Positions 52,601-62,067 of a stretch of DNA of 64,000 nt are shown piece by piece; the stretch's first letter is position 1; every line of letters begins with the position of its first letter. Origin of the DNA: Methyloprofundus sp. (lineage in GTDB: Bacteria; Pseudomonadota; Gammaproteobacteria; Methylococcales; Methylomonadaceae); NCBI GenBank assembly GCA_012960135.1, contig DUBW01000040.1, positions 185-64,184 on the forward strand. Reading direction: 5' to 3'. The notes under the pieces were generated by a model. That model was not told the DNA's origin and did not search any database. It saw nothing but the letters and a program-made list of their open reading frames with translations. A program made the translations under genes and the position numbers.

Positions 52601-53158
52601 GGCCACTGCTCCGGCAAGGTAGCTTTCTTCGTGTTTCTTGCCAACACGCTGTATTTCCAAATAAAAGCTTTGTGGAAATAGCTGCTGCCAGTATTGTGCG
52701 TTATTTTTTGCCTGTTGTTTATCGTCGGCTAATAAAGCCTGACCAATATCCCCTTCCATAGCGCCTGATAAAGCAATCAGGCCACCATGATTTTGCTCCA
52801 GCCATTCACGTCGTATCATCGGGATGCCTAAGTGCTGTCCTTCCTGATATGCACGGGATATGAGCTCAGTTAAAGTCACATAGCCGAGCTGGTTCTTTGC
52901 TAGTAGCGTCAAGCGGAAAGGCTGTGCCGCAGCACCTGGGTTAAAAATATTTACATCTGCACCAGCGATAGGTTTAATCCCTTTAGCAAGTGCTGCACGA
53001 TAGAATTTAACCAGGGCAAACAGGTTGGATTGATCAGTGATCGCTACCGCAGGCATATTAAGCTCTGCGAGATCATTGATAAGCGGCTTGATTTTGACTA
53101 CGCCATCGACTAAAGAGTATTCAGAATGTAAGCGTAAATGGATAAATTCAGGCTGCAT
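49661..53158 (-). CDS. dnaE: DNA polymerase III alpha subunit
   Basis: PHP (HLRLHSEYS), GRGSGAGS, SMPDFDVDF, GYGFNKSH, OB fold; 1165 aa with no insertion. Confidence 0.99.
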   Translation of the reverse strand: MQPEFIHLRLHSEYSLVDGVVKIKPLINDLAELNMPAVAITDQSNLFALVKFYRAALAKGIKPIAGADVNIFNPGAAAQPFRLTLLAKNQLGYVTLTELISRAYQEGQHLGIPMIRREWLEQNHGGLIALSGAMEGDIGQALLADDKQQAKNNAQYWQQLFPQSFYLEIQRVGKKHEESYLAGAVALATDLDLPVVATNDVRFLKSESFGAHEVRVCINQGRVIDDNRRPKDYTDQQYLRSTAEMQALFADIPEALANTVEIARRCNIQLTLGKNFLPDFPVPEGMSLDEFFIAESKKGLDARLEKYPAIGQGTPAENRIAYDERLKMELDIIVQMGFPGYFMIVADFIQWAKDNAIPVGPGRGSGAGSLVAYVLNITDLDPIEFDLLFERFLNPERVSMPDFDVDFCMDRRDEVIDYVARNYGRDKVSQIITYGSMAAKAVIRDVGRVLGHPYGFVDRLSKLVPFEIGMTLTKALKDVAEFQMLYDTDADVKSLMDMALSLEGTARNAGKHAGGVVIAPTKLTDFSPLYCEQGGGNLVTQFDKDDVEAVGLVKFDFLGLRTLTIIDWALQTINKKRADTNQPPVDITQIPRDDAASYELLKNAETTAVFQLESRGMKELIKKLKPDCFDDIIALVALFRPGPLESGMVDDYINVKHGAKAEYAHPILIPVLEPTNGVILYQEQVMQIAREMGGYTLGGADLLRRAMGKKKVEEMAQQRAIFTKGAIENGIDEKIATYVFDLMEKFAGYGFNKSHSAAYALVAYQTAWLKAHYPAAFMAAVLSSDMDNTDKIVILIAECQDMKLAVCPPNINVSNFQFTVNEAEEILYGIGAIKGVGEAAIEDLLRERKANGPFTGLYDLCKRVDLRKVNRRVFEALIRGGAFDTFNDNRASHMAELPRAIKVAERHVKMAEVGQNDLFGLAVNAESQDDEIKDYANNVAIWPEKERLAFEKLALGLFLTGHPIDQYWPELQNIVHGSIAKTMANVENSRGKIDVRLAGLLVGIRTRLDRKGRNMGFATLDDKSARVDVAIYSETFELYKDLLTTDEVLVVEGSARIDGYSGMLSVTAEKLYSMEQARENFARCLMLDWTCDKTAEKTLDFVHSLQHTLQPFSGGQCMLVINYLSDTAKTSVQLGDEWRVHPTDELITRLQRILKQDNAARIKYR

Positions 53159-53193
53159 AACTAGCGAGTCAGGTGTTAAGGGAGTAGGCGAGA

Positions 53194-53790
53194 TTAACGT
53201 GGTTTTCCAGGGACAAACTGCTTTACAGGCGCAAAGGAACGCCGGTGCTGCTCGGTAATACCCAGCTGTGTTATTTTTTCTTTATGCAATTTTGTGGGGT
53301 AGCCTTTATGCCTGGCAAATTCATACCCCGGGTAAAGTGCATCTAACACTAACATTTCCTTGTCTCGATATACTTTAGCAATAATCGATGCCGCCGAAAT
53401 TTCAGCCACTAATAAATCACCCTGAATAATCGTTTCTCCGGGGCATGAAACATCAGGATACTGATTACCATCGACTTTTAGCCATTCAGCCTCTACAGGT
53501 AAAGAACTAACAGCACGTTGCATCGCTAATAATGAAGCTTGCAGGATATTAATTTGATCTATTTCACTGGCTTCAGCTCTGCCTATAGACCAGGCGATCG
53601 ACTGTTGTTTTATCAGCTCAGCTAAAGAGTCTCGCTTTGTTGCCGATAATTTCTTTGAATCGGTCAGACCAATAATAGGTTGTTGTGGATCTAAAATAAC
53701 GGCAGCAGCGATCACCGGGCCAACGATACAACCACGGCCTACTTCGTCAACACCCGCTATGATTTGCTGTGGACAGCACAAGCTGGTCAT
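53194..53790 (-). CDS. rnhB: ribonuclease HII
   Basis: [31 protein letters not shown]; start placed at ATG 53790. Confidence 0.97.
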   Translation of the reverse strand: MTSLCCPQQIIAGVDEVGRGCIVGPVIAAAVILDPQQPIIGLTDSKKLSATKRDSLAELIKQQSIAWSIGRAEASEIDQINILQASLLAMQRAVSSLPVEAEWLKVDGNQYPDVSCPGETIIQGDLLVAEISAASIIAKVYRDKEMLVLDALYPGYEFARHKGYPTKLHKEKITQLGITEQHRRSFAPVKQFVPGKPR

Positions 53791-53799
53791 TGCTGTGGA

Positions 53800-53960
53800 A
53801 AGCACATGAAATAATTTATTACTTCATGCAGCCACGACTGCGTATTTCTAACAGCTAGACAACCGTACCCGTGGACGCGCGAAGTATAGCAAAGTCTGGA
53901 AACGAGTTCTTCAGCCTCGTCTGCCACTTGCGGGGCTAAAGACCCCACTTCCAAAATAAT
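53800..53960. other. structured spacer between lpxA and rnhB, possibly an IS200/IS605-type end remnant
   Basis: Hairpin GTGGGG-TCTTTAG-CCCCGC; the minus-strand block GTCCACGGGTACGGTTGTCTAGCTG...GCAGTCGTGG resembles IS200/IS605 terminal regions from memory only. Confidence 0.3.
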
Positions 53961-53988
53961 GGTTGTTTGTTTATTTCGCGCATGATCC

Positions 53989-54759
53989 TTAACGTAGAAT
54001 ACCGCGAGTAACATTGCGCAAAAAACTGACCATATTGGAAATTTCATCACAGTCCCCCGCCAGGTCTTCCATTTCTTCAATGGCATCTTCTAGGCGCAGG
54101 TTATTTTTATACAGGATTTTATAGGCTTTGCGAATTAAACGAGCGGCTTCAGGACTGCTACCTGAACGTTCCATACCCACTGAGTTAATTCCGTGTGGAC
54201 GCGTAGGGCGACCGCCAACCATCACATACGGTGGCACATCCTGGGTAATGGTACTACCCATCGCTGAAAAGCTAAAGGTACCAATCTGGGTGAACTGATG
54301 GACCAGAGTGAAGCCACCTAATATGGCATTATCACAAAGGTGTACATGCCCAGCTAATGAAGCACCATTAGCCATAATGACATTATCTCCAACCACGCAA
54401 TCGTGAGCAACGTGGGTATAAGCCATAAATAGATTATCATTGCCGATTCGCGTCTCCGCATGGTCTTGCAAAGTACCTCTATGCAAAGTGGTAAACTCAC
54501 GTATTACATTTCTATCGCCAATCGTTAAACTGGTTTTTTCATCCGCATATTTTTTATCCTGCGGATCTTCTGCTATCGATGTAAATTGATAGATATGGTT
54601 GTCCTTACCTATCTTTACCGGCCCTTTTATGACTACATGAGGACCGATGACAGTCCCCGAATCAATAGTGACATCAGCACCGATAACAGAAAAAGGTCCT
54701 ATCTGGACATCATCTGCTATCTCTGCCTTGATATCAACTACTGCTTGTGCGTCAATCAA
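53989..54759 (-). CDS. lpxA: acyl-ACP--UDP-N-acetylglucosamine O-acyltransferase
   Basis: Hexapeptide repeats, PQDKKY, HVAHDC, LAGHV, VHQF; start placed at TTG 54759. Confidence 0.97.
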   Translation of the reverse strand: MIDAQAVVDIKAEIADDVQIGPFSVIGADVTIDSGTVIGPHVVIKGPVKIGKDNHIYQFTSIAEDPQDKKYADEKTSLTIGDRNVIREFTTLHRGTLQDHAETRIGNDNLFMAYTHVAHDCVVGDNVIMANGASLAGHVHLCDNAILGGFTLVHQFTQIGTFSFSAMGSTITQDVPPYVMVGGRPTRPHGINSVGMERSGSSPEAARLIRKAYKILYKNNLRLEDAIEEMEDLAGDCDEISNMVSFLRNVTRGILR

Positions 54760-55207
54760 TCTTATCACCGACAGCGGCACACCGAATCACTGCACTGGCA
54801 ACAAACTCACCATCAACAGTGGCAGTACAATGAAATGACCAGATATTGAGCCTGCTTTTTTCAAACACGGCTTCCAGCATCATCTGATCTCCAGGGACTA
54901 CGGGGCGCTTGAATCTTGCTTTATCAATACTAGTCAGGAAATAAGTCATACCATGCCCTAGTTCATCAGGGGATGTTTCTGAGGCGAGTAGTCCAGTTGC
55001 CTGGGCTAAAGCTTCAAGAATCAATACACCAGGGAAAATCGCCATATGTGGAAAATGCCCTTGAAAAAAAGGCTCATTAAAGGTGACATTCTTAACCCCT
55101 AGTAACCTGACCCCAGGCTCACATTCTACGACTTTATCTATCAACAGGAATGGGTACCGGTGAGGTAGAAATTCCTGAATCTGTTTAATATCAAGTACTG
55201 TTTCCAA
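54752..55207 (-). CDS. fabZ: 3-hydroxyacyl-ACP dehydratase
   Basis: LPHRYPFLLID, FFQGHFP, PGVLILEALAQ. Confidence 0.98.
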   Translation of the reverse strand: METVLDIKQIQEFLPHRYPFLLIDKVVECEPGVRLLGVKNVTFNEPFFQGHFPHMAIFPGVLILEALAQATGLLASETSPDELGHGMTYFLTSIDKARFKRPVVPGDQMMLEAVFEKSRLNIWSFHCTATVDGEFVASAVIRCAAVGDKID

Positions 55208-55432
55208 TTTTACAACCTTTTCAACTTAACGAATTAACACTTTAAACATATCTTTTTTCGCCTAGCTTAACTAGCAAATCCAGCATTGCTTTATCACTAC
55301 ATTGCAAAACATGACAAAAACTATGTCTGATACACGATATTAAAGCTATGTTCTCTATTTTCTCTTGTTGACAAAGAATACATGCTTTCTAACAACAATG
55401 CTGCATTCTATTCTAAAGACTTTTAAAGCCGG

Positions 55433-55930
55433 TTAAGGCATTTTAGAAAGCTTCTCTTGTACTTTCTCGGTGACATCTACTTTGTCACTGGCATGAATAA
55501 CGCCTTCGGTTAATAGCAAATCATAGTCGCCTTCTTCAGCAAGTGCTTTAACGGCTTCAATGATTCTATTTTGCATTTTACCTAATTCTTCGTTACGGCG
55601 TATGCTGAAATCTTCTTTAAATTCTTGTTGCGCGCGTTGAGCATCTCTACGAATAGCAATGATTTGACGTTCTAAATCTCGTTTTTTTGTATCCGCCATA
55701 GTCATCCCATCTCTGGCCAGTTTTTCTTCCAGACTCTTGATCTTTTTTTGCTGTGCTACCAACTGCTTGTCTTTAGGAGAAAACTCTTTTTCCAGACGCT
55801 TCTTAGCATCAGCAGCCTGAGGAGCATTGGCCATTAACAATGGTATATTCACAACTCCTATTCTAATTTCTGCCTGGGTCGTCTGGCTTAATATAAGCAA
55901 TCCCAATAAAACAGCTAATTTTTTTAACAT
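55433..55930 (-). CDS. skp: OmpH/Skp periplasmic chaperone
   Basis: Signal peptide, IGVVN, coiled coil, GYDLLL..VI..S..VDVT; start placed at ATG 55930 (GGAG RBS). Confidence 0.92.
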   Translation of the reverse strand: MLKKLAVLLGLLILSQTTQAEIRIGVVNIPLLMANAPQAADAKKRLEKEFSPKDKQLVAQQKKIKSLEEKLARDGMTMADTKKRDLERQIIAIRRDAQRAQQEFKEDFSIRRNEELGKMQNRIIEAVKALAEEGDYDLLLTEGVIHASDKVDVTEKVQEKLSKMP

Positions 55931-56348
55931 TAACATTCTCCATACCACTATTTAAAAAAGCAAGATCCAATGAGGCATTATACTGTATCTATAAAAAAAT
56001 GAGAGCCTTTAGCGACTAATATAATAAATTTATAGCCATTAAATGAAATCACTACTTTTGATGCACCTGGAGATAAATAACAGTCAAATATTTGGGCCGA
56101 ATTTTTACTTGTCATAAGTACTATAACAAGAGGTTCATAGCATGCTACGCGTTAAAAACGAACAAGAGTTCTGCGTCAAACTACCGTATATTATTAAATC
56201 CTCACCCCTTATTATGTACAAGCAAGACCATATCTATGGTGAGTCTAACTAAAAAGTAGAGTCATATGAAATTATTAGCATCAGTTTACCTGGGTTGATA
56301 CTCAGAGTGTCAAGTATTCTGCCTCGTAACCTGTAATGAACATGTAAT

Positions 56349-57592
56349 ATAGAATCAATATTTCATTCTTTATTAATGCTGATGATCGTTGTCTGGGGCG
56401 TCTCTGTCGTTATGCGAAAAATAGGTTTGCCAACCATTATGGGCGAACAGGTGAGGGGCGTGGCAATCGACCCTGCGGCACTTGACTGGTTTACGCCTAA
56501 TGAAGTGATCACAAACATCGGCACTTTCTTTTTGATGCTGCATACCGAGATTGAGACAGAACCACGAGAGTTCTATGCGGCGGTCATGGATTCATTTGCG
56601 CTAAATGTCAACCAACCTGTCGCATATTCATCATATCAAACTTGCTCTGCAAGCATGGGGCTTTTTCCTCAAACTCCCAAGGTATGTTTACAACGGTAAT
56701 GGGTGATTCATGTCGCCTGCTGTTTGACTACGGTATCACTGCCACCATTTGATCTACTAAACTATGCGTGCAGTTGCTGCTGTGGTCACGCTTACGAAAT
56801 TACGCGACCTAGGGTTCCAGAATTCACGTATGCCCAGAATCATCGCCGCGATCAGTGTTGTCGATGACATATTATTCATGATCTTCTTTAGTTTTGTGCT
56901 CGGTTTTATCAAAGGCGAAGCATTTGATTTAATGCAAATGGCAATTATCTCTGGCAAAGTTATTTTATTTTTTTACGGTCACATTATCAATCGGCATATT
57001 TCTCTACCCTCGATTAACATTTCCGTTTAGAAGCAAGAAAGGCAAAGGCTTTACCTTTATTTTAGTGTTAGGTTTTGCAGCAGGGGAATTTGCCGAACAT
57101 ATGGGACTACATTTTATAATCGGAGCCTATTTTACAGGTTTATTTTTTGAAGAGAAAATCATCAACAAAAGACTTTTTGAAATTTCCAACGATAGACTTT
57201 ATACACTTTCCTATTCATTTCTAGGGCTTATTTTCTTAATTCGCTGGGTTTTAATATTATCTTTGACCTACCCGGACATTTAATCTGGTTTTTAGTAGTA
57301 TTGACGTTGTCGGTATTGATAGGTCATATTTTAAGCGCCGGAGCCATGACTAAACTTAAAAACCTCACCTGGCCGGAAGCATTAACTATAGGTGTAAGTC
57401 ACTGCGCCCGTGCCGAAATGGCTTTTAGCATTGCTTCTCTCAGCATAGAAATGGGAGCTGGATAAAAACCTTTTTTCTGTGATCATCTTTACCGCATTTA
57501 TCCTCAACCTATTAACACCTATACTATTAAAAGGCTGTTCAGTGCTGATCAACAAACAAATTCATAGCATCAATTATTCATCTCGCAAGTAA
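56349..57592 (+). pseudogene. cation:proton antiporter (CPA2 / Na+/H+ exchanger) pseudogene
   Basis: Fragments in several frames: KIGLPTIMGE, AAISVVDDI, GLHFIIGAYF.G, ARAEMAF; start degraded to ATA. Confidence 0.8.
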
Positions 57593-58920
57593 TGCCGGGG
57601 CATTCTAAAGATAACCGGGCTGAGTAAACCTAGGGCAATCAGGTTTGGAATTGCCATCAATCCATTTAAAATATCCGCAACCAGCCAGACTAAAGTGAGC
57701 TTGCTCATTGCACCAATGGGAATGGCAATTAACCATAACAGCCGGTATGGCCAGATCACTCTAGTACCAAATAAATATTCAGCACAGCGCTCACCATAAT
57801 AGCTCCAGCCTAGAATAGTAGTAAATGCAAACACCACCAGCCCCAGAACGACTACATAGCTGCCTACCCCCGGCAACCCAACTTCAAATGCCAATGTTGA
57901 CAAGGCTGCACCATTTTCACCACTAGACCAGACACCACTCAATATAATTACCAGCGCAGTCATCGTACAAACCAGAATGGTATCTATAAAAGTGCCTAAC
58001 ATAGCTATCATACCCTGACGTATGGGATCATTTGTCTTTGCTGCTGCGTGTGCGATGGGGGCACTTCCAAGCCCAGCTTCATTAGAAAAAACACCTCGTG
58101 CGACACCAAAGCGAATAGCCGCCCAGACAGCTGCACCGGTAAAGCCGCCCACTGCGGCAGTTTCAGTAAAAGCACTTTGCACAATTAAACCCAGAGCCTG
58201 TGGAATCTCCTGGTAATGACTAATAATTACCCAAAGCGCACAAATTATATAGCTAATTGCCATAACAGGAACAAGGCTCGCGGCAACCTCTCCAATACGC
58301 CGAATACCTCCAAAAATCACAACCGCACTAAACAGGGTTAAGACTATTGCTGTATAACTTGTAGGAATTTGAAACTGGGCATGAATTGCATCAGCTACGG
58401 AATTGGCCTGTACCATATTACCAATGCCAAACGCGGCAAAAGCGCCAAAAAAGGCAAAAGCATAAGCCAGCCAACGCCACTTTTTTGACAGACCATTTTG
58501 AATATAATACATCGGCCCACCAACATGCTGACCTTGATCATCAATCTCCCGATATTTAACTGCGAGTACAGCTTCGGCATATTTAGTCGCCATTCCAAAT
58601 AATGCAGTGAGCCACATCCAAAATATAGCCCCGGGCCCGCCCAAAGCAATCGCTGTTGCAACCCCTGCAATATTACCCGTGCCAATCGTAGCTGATAACG
58701 CAGTCATTAAAGCCTGAAATGGGGTAATATCTCCCGCATTATCTGATCGCCTCCCCTGCCAGAGTATACACATCGCAGAGAACACTTTGCGAAAGGTAAA
58801 AAAGCGTAAGCCTATCGTTAAATAAACACCAATACCCAGCAGTAAGGCCAAGGTCACTGGCCCCCAAATATGGGAACTGATTTCAGTTAAGATATGTTCT
58901 AGCTGTTTCATATTATCCAA
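57574..58920 (-). CDS. alanine/glycine:cation symporter (AlsT/AgcS family)
   Basis: TIGTGNIAGVATAI..GGPGAIFWMW, GGPMYY, RGVFSNEAGLGSAP. Confidence 0.95.
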   Translation of the reverse strand: MDNMKQLEHILTEISSHIWGPVTLALLLGIGVYLTIGLRFFTFRKVFSAMCILWQGRRSDNAGDITPFQALMTALSATIGTGNIAGVATAIALGGPGAIFWMWLTALFGMATKYAEAVLAVKYREIDDQGQHVGGPMYYIQNGLSKKWRWLAYAFAFFGAFAAFGIGNMVQANSVADAIHAQFQIPTSYTAIVLTLFSAVVIFGGIRRIGEVAASLVPVMAISYIICALWVIISHYQEIPQALGLIVQSAFTETAAVGGFTGAAVWAAIRFGVARGVFSNEAGLGSAPIAHAAAKTNDPIRQGMIAMLGTFIDTILVCTMTALVIILSGVWSSGENGAALSTLAFEVGLPGVGSYVVVLGLVVFAFTTILGWSYYGERCAEYLFGTRVIWPYRLLWLIAIPIGAMSKLTLVWLVADILNGLMAIPNLIALGLLSPVIFRMPRHYLRDE

Positions 58921-58933
58921 TATTTTTACAGGT

Positions 58934-59362
58934 TCACTTCTTCACAACAGGCGGCATCTCTTCATAGACTGAAATACCTGGGTCCATAAAATCCCAGTGT
59001 GGTTTATGTTTATTATAAACGACAGCACTCGGCTTAAACCATGAACTATCATCTAATGAGCCTACTGCCACGGCTAGTGAATTTTTTAAACTGCCGAGCT
59101 TGCCAAAAAGCGGACTACCGCAAACTGGGCAAAAATACCGGGTGACTGAAAAGCCATTGTCAGCAACTGATCCATAGCTGCTCGGTTCACCACTGATATG
59201 CACATCTTTTTGTTTAAAAAAGGCATTCGATGCATGCCCTGTTCCTGTCGCTTTTCGACAATCATCACAATGGCACTGACTCATGACTCGCGGAGGAGCA
59301 AAAATAGTATAGCTAATTTTGCCACACAAACACCGCCCCGCTGCGAAATATTCTTCTGTCAT
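58934..59362 (-). CDS. GFA/CENP-V family zinc protein
   Basis: CLCG, CHCDDCRK, RYFCPVCGS. Confidence 0.9.
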   Translation of the reverse strand: MTEEYFAAGRCLCGKISYTIFAPPRVMSQCHCDDCRKATGTGHASNAFFKQKDVHISGEPSSYGSVADNGFSVTRYFCPVCGSPLFGKLGSLKNSLAVAVGSLDDSSWFKPSAVVYNKHKPHWDFMDPGISVYEEMPPVVKK

Positions 59363-59593
59363 GAATAGACCCTCCTGATTTGTAGTCGCTTGTTATGCTG
59401 ATATTAGCATTTCAACATAGGAAAAGGGTTTATATAGGTATTTAAGCAGCCATTCCCCTTGTTCTTTTAGCCATATTTTATGAAATCCTGCATTAGAAAA
59501 TGCAGCGATAACTGTCAACGCAATCGCACAGGCACTGAACAGCTCTTTAACCATGCTAACAAACTAAACCTTTTGAATTGTAATGTGTTCTAG

Positions 59594-60427
59594 TTATTCC
59601 AGTACCTTAATTGCACCAGGATGTTTCACTAACATAGAAAAGCCATTTTTATATTTATTAACCCAGCCTCTGGCTTCAATTTTTTTGCCTTTTAATGCTT
59701 GCAGTTGATCAAAATACTGCAAATGTTCATTTTTAATACGCACATCAAAATGATCGCTTAATTTTAAATAACGACTTTTCGCGGTACTTTTAATCCCAGT
59801 AACACGCCCGACTATTCGCTGCCAGCCTTGCTTATTGGCACTGCTTAATTCACTGGTCAATTTCGGCGTATACTCAGCGTACTGCCAAATACCAAGATGA
59901 CTTGCTTCAGCTGCTTGCTCTGCAGCAAGTAATGCGGTCACATATTTTAAATTCGGCGGGTAGATACTGGTGCTGGCATAACCTAAGCGAACTAATTCAA
60001 GGTTTAAATGTAGCCCTTGCTCTGTAAACAGGTGTGCTAAATGGCGCTTATATTTATCCTTTTTTTGCTGGTCAAATTCTAATCGAACTCGGGTGTTTAC
60101 TAATTGCTGCGTCAACCATTGCAGAGCTGCGCCGCCTCCTGCCTGTGCTGCTTGCCTGGGGTGTTCAATTTCAGGTGTATTGATACCGACCAGGCGAATT
60201 TTACGCCCATCAGTCAGTAACACGGTATCACCATCATAGACTTTTTGAACTGGATAATAACTATAATCCTGAGTCAGTTTGAGTTCAGTTGCAGCAGGAT
60301 GTTTTATATCGGAATAATGCTGACGACCCTGTGCGCCTGTCCATTTAAAGATATCCGTTGCATGACTCAACTGGCTTAATAACATTAAAACAAGATAGCT
60401 AAGCCTATGGGTGCTTTTATATTTCAT
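59594..60427 (-). CDS. thermonuclease (SNase) family protein with DUF4124-like N-terminus and C-terminal OB fold
   Basis: Signal peptide, KW....HYSD, VYDGDT, RLVGINTPE, DKYKR.LA. Confidence 0.88.
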   Translation of the reverse strand: MKYKSTHRLSYLVLMLLSQLSHATDIFKWTGAQGRQHYSDIKHPAATELKLTQDYSYYPVQKVYDGDTVLLTDGRKIRLVGINTPEIEHPRQAAQAGGGAALQWLTQQLVNTRVRLEFDQQKKDKYKRHLAHLFTEQGLHLNLELVRLGYASTSIYPPNLKYVTALLAAEQAAEASHLGIWQYAEYTPKLTSELSSANKQGWQRIVGRVTGIKSTAKSRYLKLSDHFDVRIKNEHLQYFDQLQALKGKKIEARGWVNKYKNGFSMLVKHPGAIKVLE

Positions 60428-60551
60428 TTGCGGGTATTTTGCACAATAAGTAACTGCCCTGCTGTACTCATGTTAAATAGATTTGAAAATTATTGTAGAT
60501 GATATACTCTGTGGCAAGACATGCAATCCATCCTGAGCCCCAGAAGAACTA

Positions 60552-61487
60552 ATGAGCGACTTAAATTTTACTAATATTTTTGCCAATTGTCAGTCACAAC
60601 TGAACTCTTACTCGTATTATCAAAGATTACAAGCACTCCCTCGAAATCAGCGCTGGCTGACTTTAGCTGCGCTCTTCTTAGCCACGCAGGTTATTATATT
60701 TGGTAGTCTACACCTGCTCTTTGGTAAAGTCGCCATGATTGGCTTTTTAGCCAGTATTTTAGCTGGCCTGGCAACCGGTGTCGGCGCCTTACCTGCCGTT
60801 CTGTTTAAACAAGTTTCTAATAGCCTCTATACCGGCTTACTCGGCTTTGCTGCGGGGGTCATGCTTGCAGCAGCAGCCTTCTCCTTATTGATTCCGGGCA
60901 TAGAATATGGCAATGAATTATGGCCAGACAAAGGCCTTTGGGTTGTTGCAGCCGGCATGTTATTCGGCGCACTATTTCTGCATTTAGCCGATAATAAATT
61001 ACCGCATATTCATTTTAAAAATGACCTGAATGTGCATACTGATTCTTTACAAAAAATATGGCTATTTATCTTCGCCATTACCATTCATAACTTTCCCGAA
61101 GGCATGTCTGTGGGCGTTAGCTTCGGCAGCGGCGACATGCATAATGGTATTGTTTTGGCCATCGCTATCGCCTTGCAAAACATCCCCGAAGGGCTGGCAG
61201 TTGCCCTGCCCCTAGTTGCGTTAGGCTATAACAAATGGACTGCCGTAGGCATTGCAACACTCACTGGTTTAGTCGAACCTGTGGGCGGCCTATTAGGCAT
61301 TACCATGGTGTCAATTTTTTCTCCGCTACTCCCTTTTGCCATGGGCTTTGCCGCTGGCGCCATGATTTTTGTCATCTCCGAAGAAATTATTCCAGAAACT
61401 CATTCTCAAGGACGTTCCCGTTCTGCAACCTTTGCCTTGATGATAGGCTTTATCATTATGATGGCATTAGAAAGCTTATTAGGTTAA
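60552..61487 (+). CDS. ZIP family metal transporter (ZupT/GufA-like)
   Basis: GFAAGVML, HNFPEG, QNIPEG, EPVGG, EIIPE. Confidence 0.93.
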   Translation: MSDLNFTNIFANCQSQLNSYSYYQRLQALPRNQRWLTLAALFLATQVIIFGSLHLLFGKVAMIGFLASILAGLATGVGALPAVLFKQVSNSLYTGLLGFAAGVMLAAAAFSLLIPGIEYGNELWPDKGLWVVAAGMLFGALFLHLADNKLPHIHFKNDLNVHTDSLQKIWLFIFAITIHNFPEGMSVGVSFGSGDMHNGIVLAIAIALQNIPEGLAVALPLVALGYNKWTAVGIATLTGLVEPVGGLLGITMVSIFSPLLPFAMGFAAGAMIFVISEEIIPETHSQGRSRSATFALMIGFIIMMALESLLG

Positions 61488-61510
61488 AGCCGCGTCCATA
61501 ACACTATAAA

Positions 61511-61948
61511 ATGATTACTATTATTCAGCGCGTTACCCAGGCACAGGTTAGTATTGCAGATAAGCAGGTCGGTAGTATAGAGCGCGGCATTTTGGCGCTG
61601 GTGGCGATAGAAAAGCTGGACAGCGAAAAGTCTGCACAGCGTTTATTTGAGCGCATCGTAAACTACCGTATTTTTCCTGATGTAGAAAATCGCATGAATT
61701 TGAGTTTAAATAATATCCAGGGCGGATTATTACTGATCCCTCAGTTTACCCTCGCTGCCGATACGAATTCAGGCAACCGACCCAGTTTTACCCCAGCAGC
61801 AACGCCGGAAAAAAGTGCTGAATTATTTAATTACTTTGTCAGTCATGCAAAATGCAGTTACCCTTACATACAAACCGGTGAATTTGGTGCTGATATGCAA
61901 GTATCACTGATCAATGATGGACCTGTGACCTTTACGTTAAAAGTGTGA
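61511..61948 (+). CDS. dtd: D-aminoacyl-tRNA deacylase
   Basis: IQRV, PQFTL, GEFGADMQVSLINDGPVTF. Confidence 0.97.
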   Translation: MITIIQRVTQAQVSIADKQVGSIERGILALVAIEKLDSEKSAQRLFERIVNYRIFPDVENRMNLSLNNIQGGLLLIPQFTLAADTNSGNRPSFTPAATPEKSAELFNYFVSHAKCSYPYIQTGEFGADMQVSLINDGPVTFTLKV

Positions 61949-61958
61949 ATATTAGCCC

Positions 61959-62012
61959 TAGGGCGTGGCTTTAGCCAGCCAACATTAAAGGAGGGCTAAA
62001 GCCACGCCCTAC
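61959..62012. repeat. REP-like inverted doublet (perfect 18-bp arms)
   Basis: TAGGGCGTGGCTTTAGCC and GGCTAAAGCCACGCCCTAC. Confidence 0.8.
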
Positions 62013-62067
62013 CAGAAATGAATAAATCATTACTCAAACAATCGCGACCATTTAAAGATATCTCCCT

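Noticed and set aside
49661-53158. Intein or intron in dnaE (also checked recQ and ftsH)
   Set aside because: Lengths are normal and the motifs are contiguous.
53787-54086. 99-aa ORF spanning the lpxA-rnhB gap
   Set aside because: Overlaps lpxA out of frame and shows no LpxB or other recognisable similarity.
55208-55432. Possible decayed lpxD 3' end (DMFKVLIR*VEKVV on the minus strand)
   Set aside because: Too short and weak to distinguish from chance.
58934-59362. GFA protein as a formaldehyde-activating enzyme
   Set aside because: A generic, widespread family member with no C1 genes nearby.
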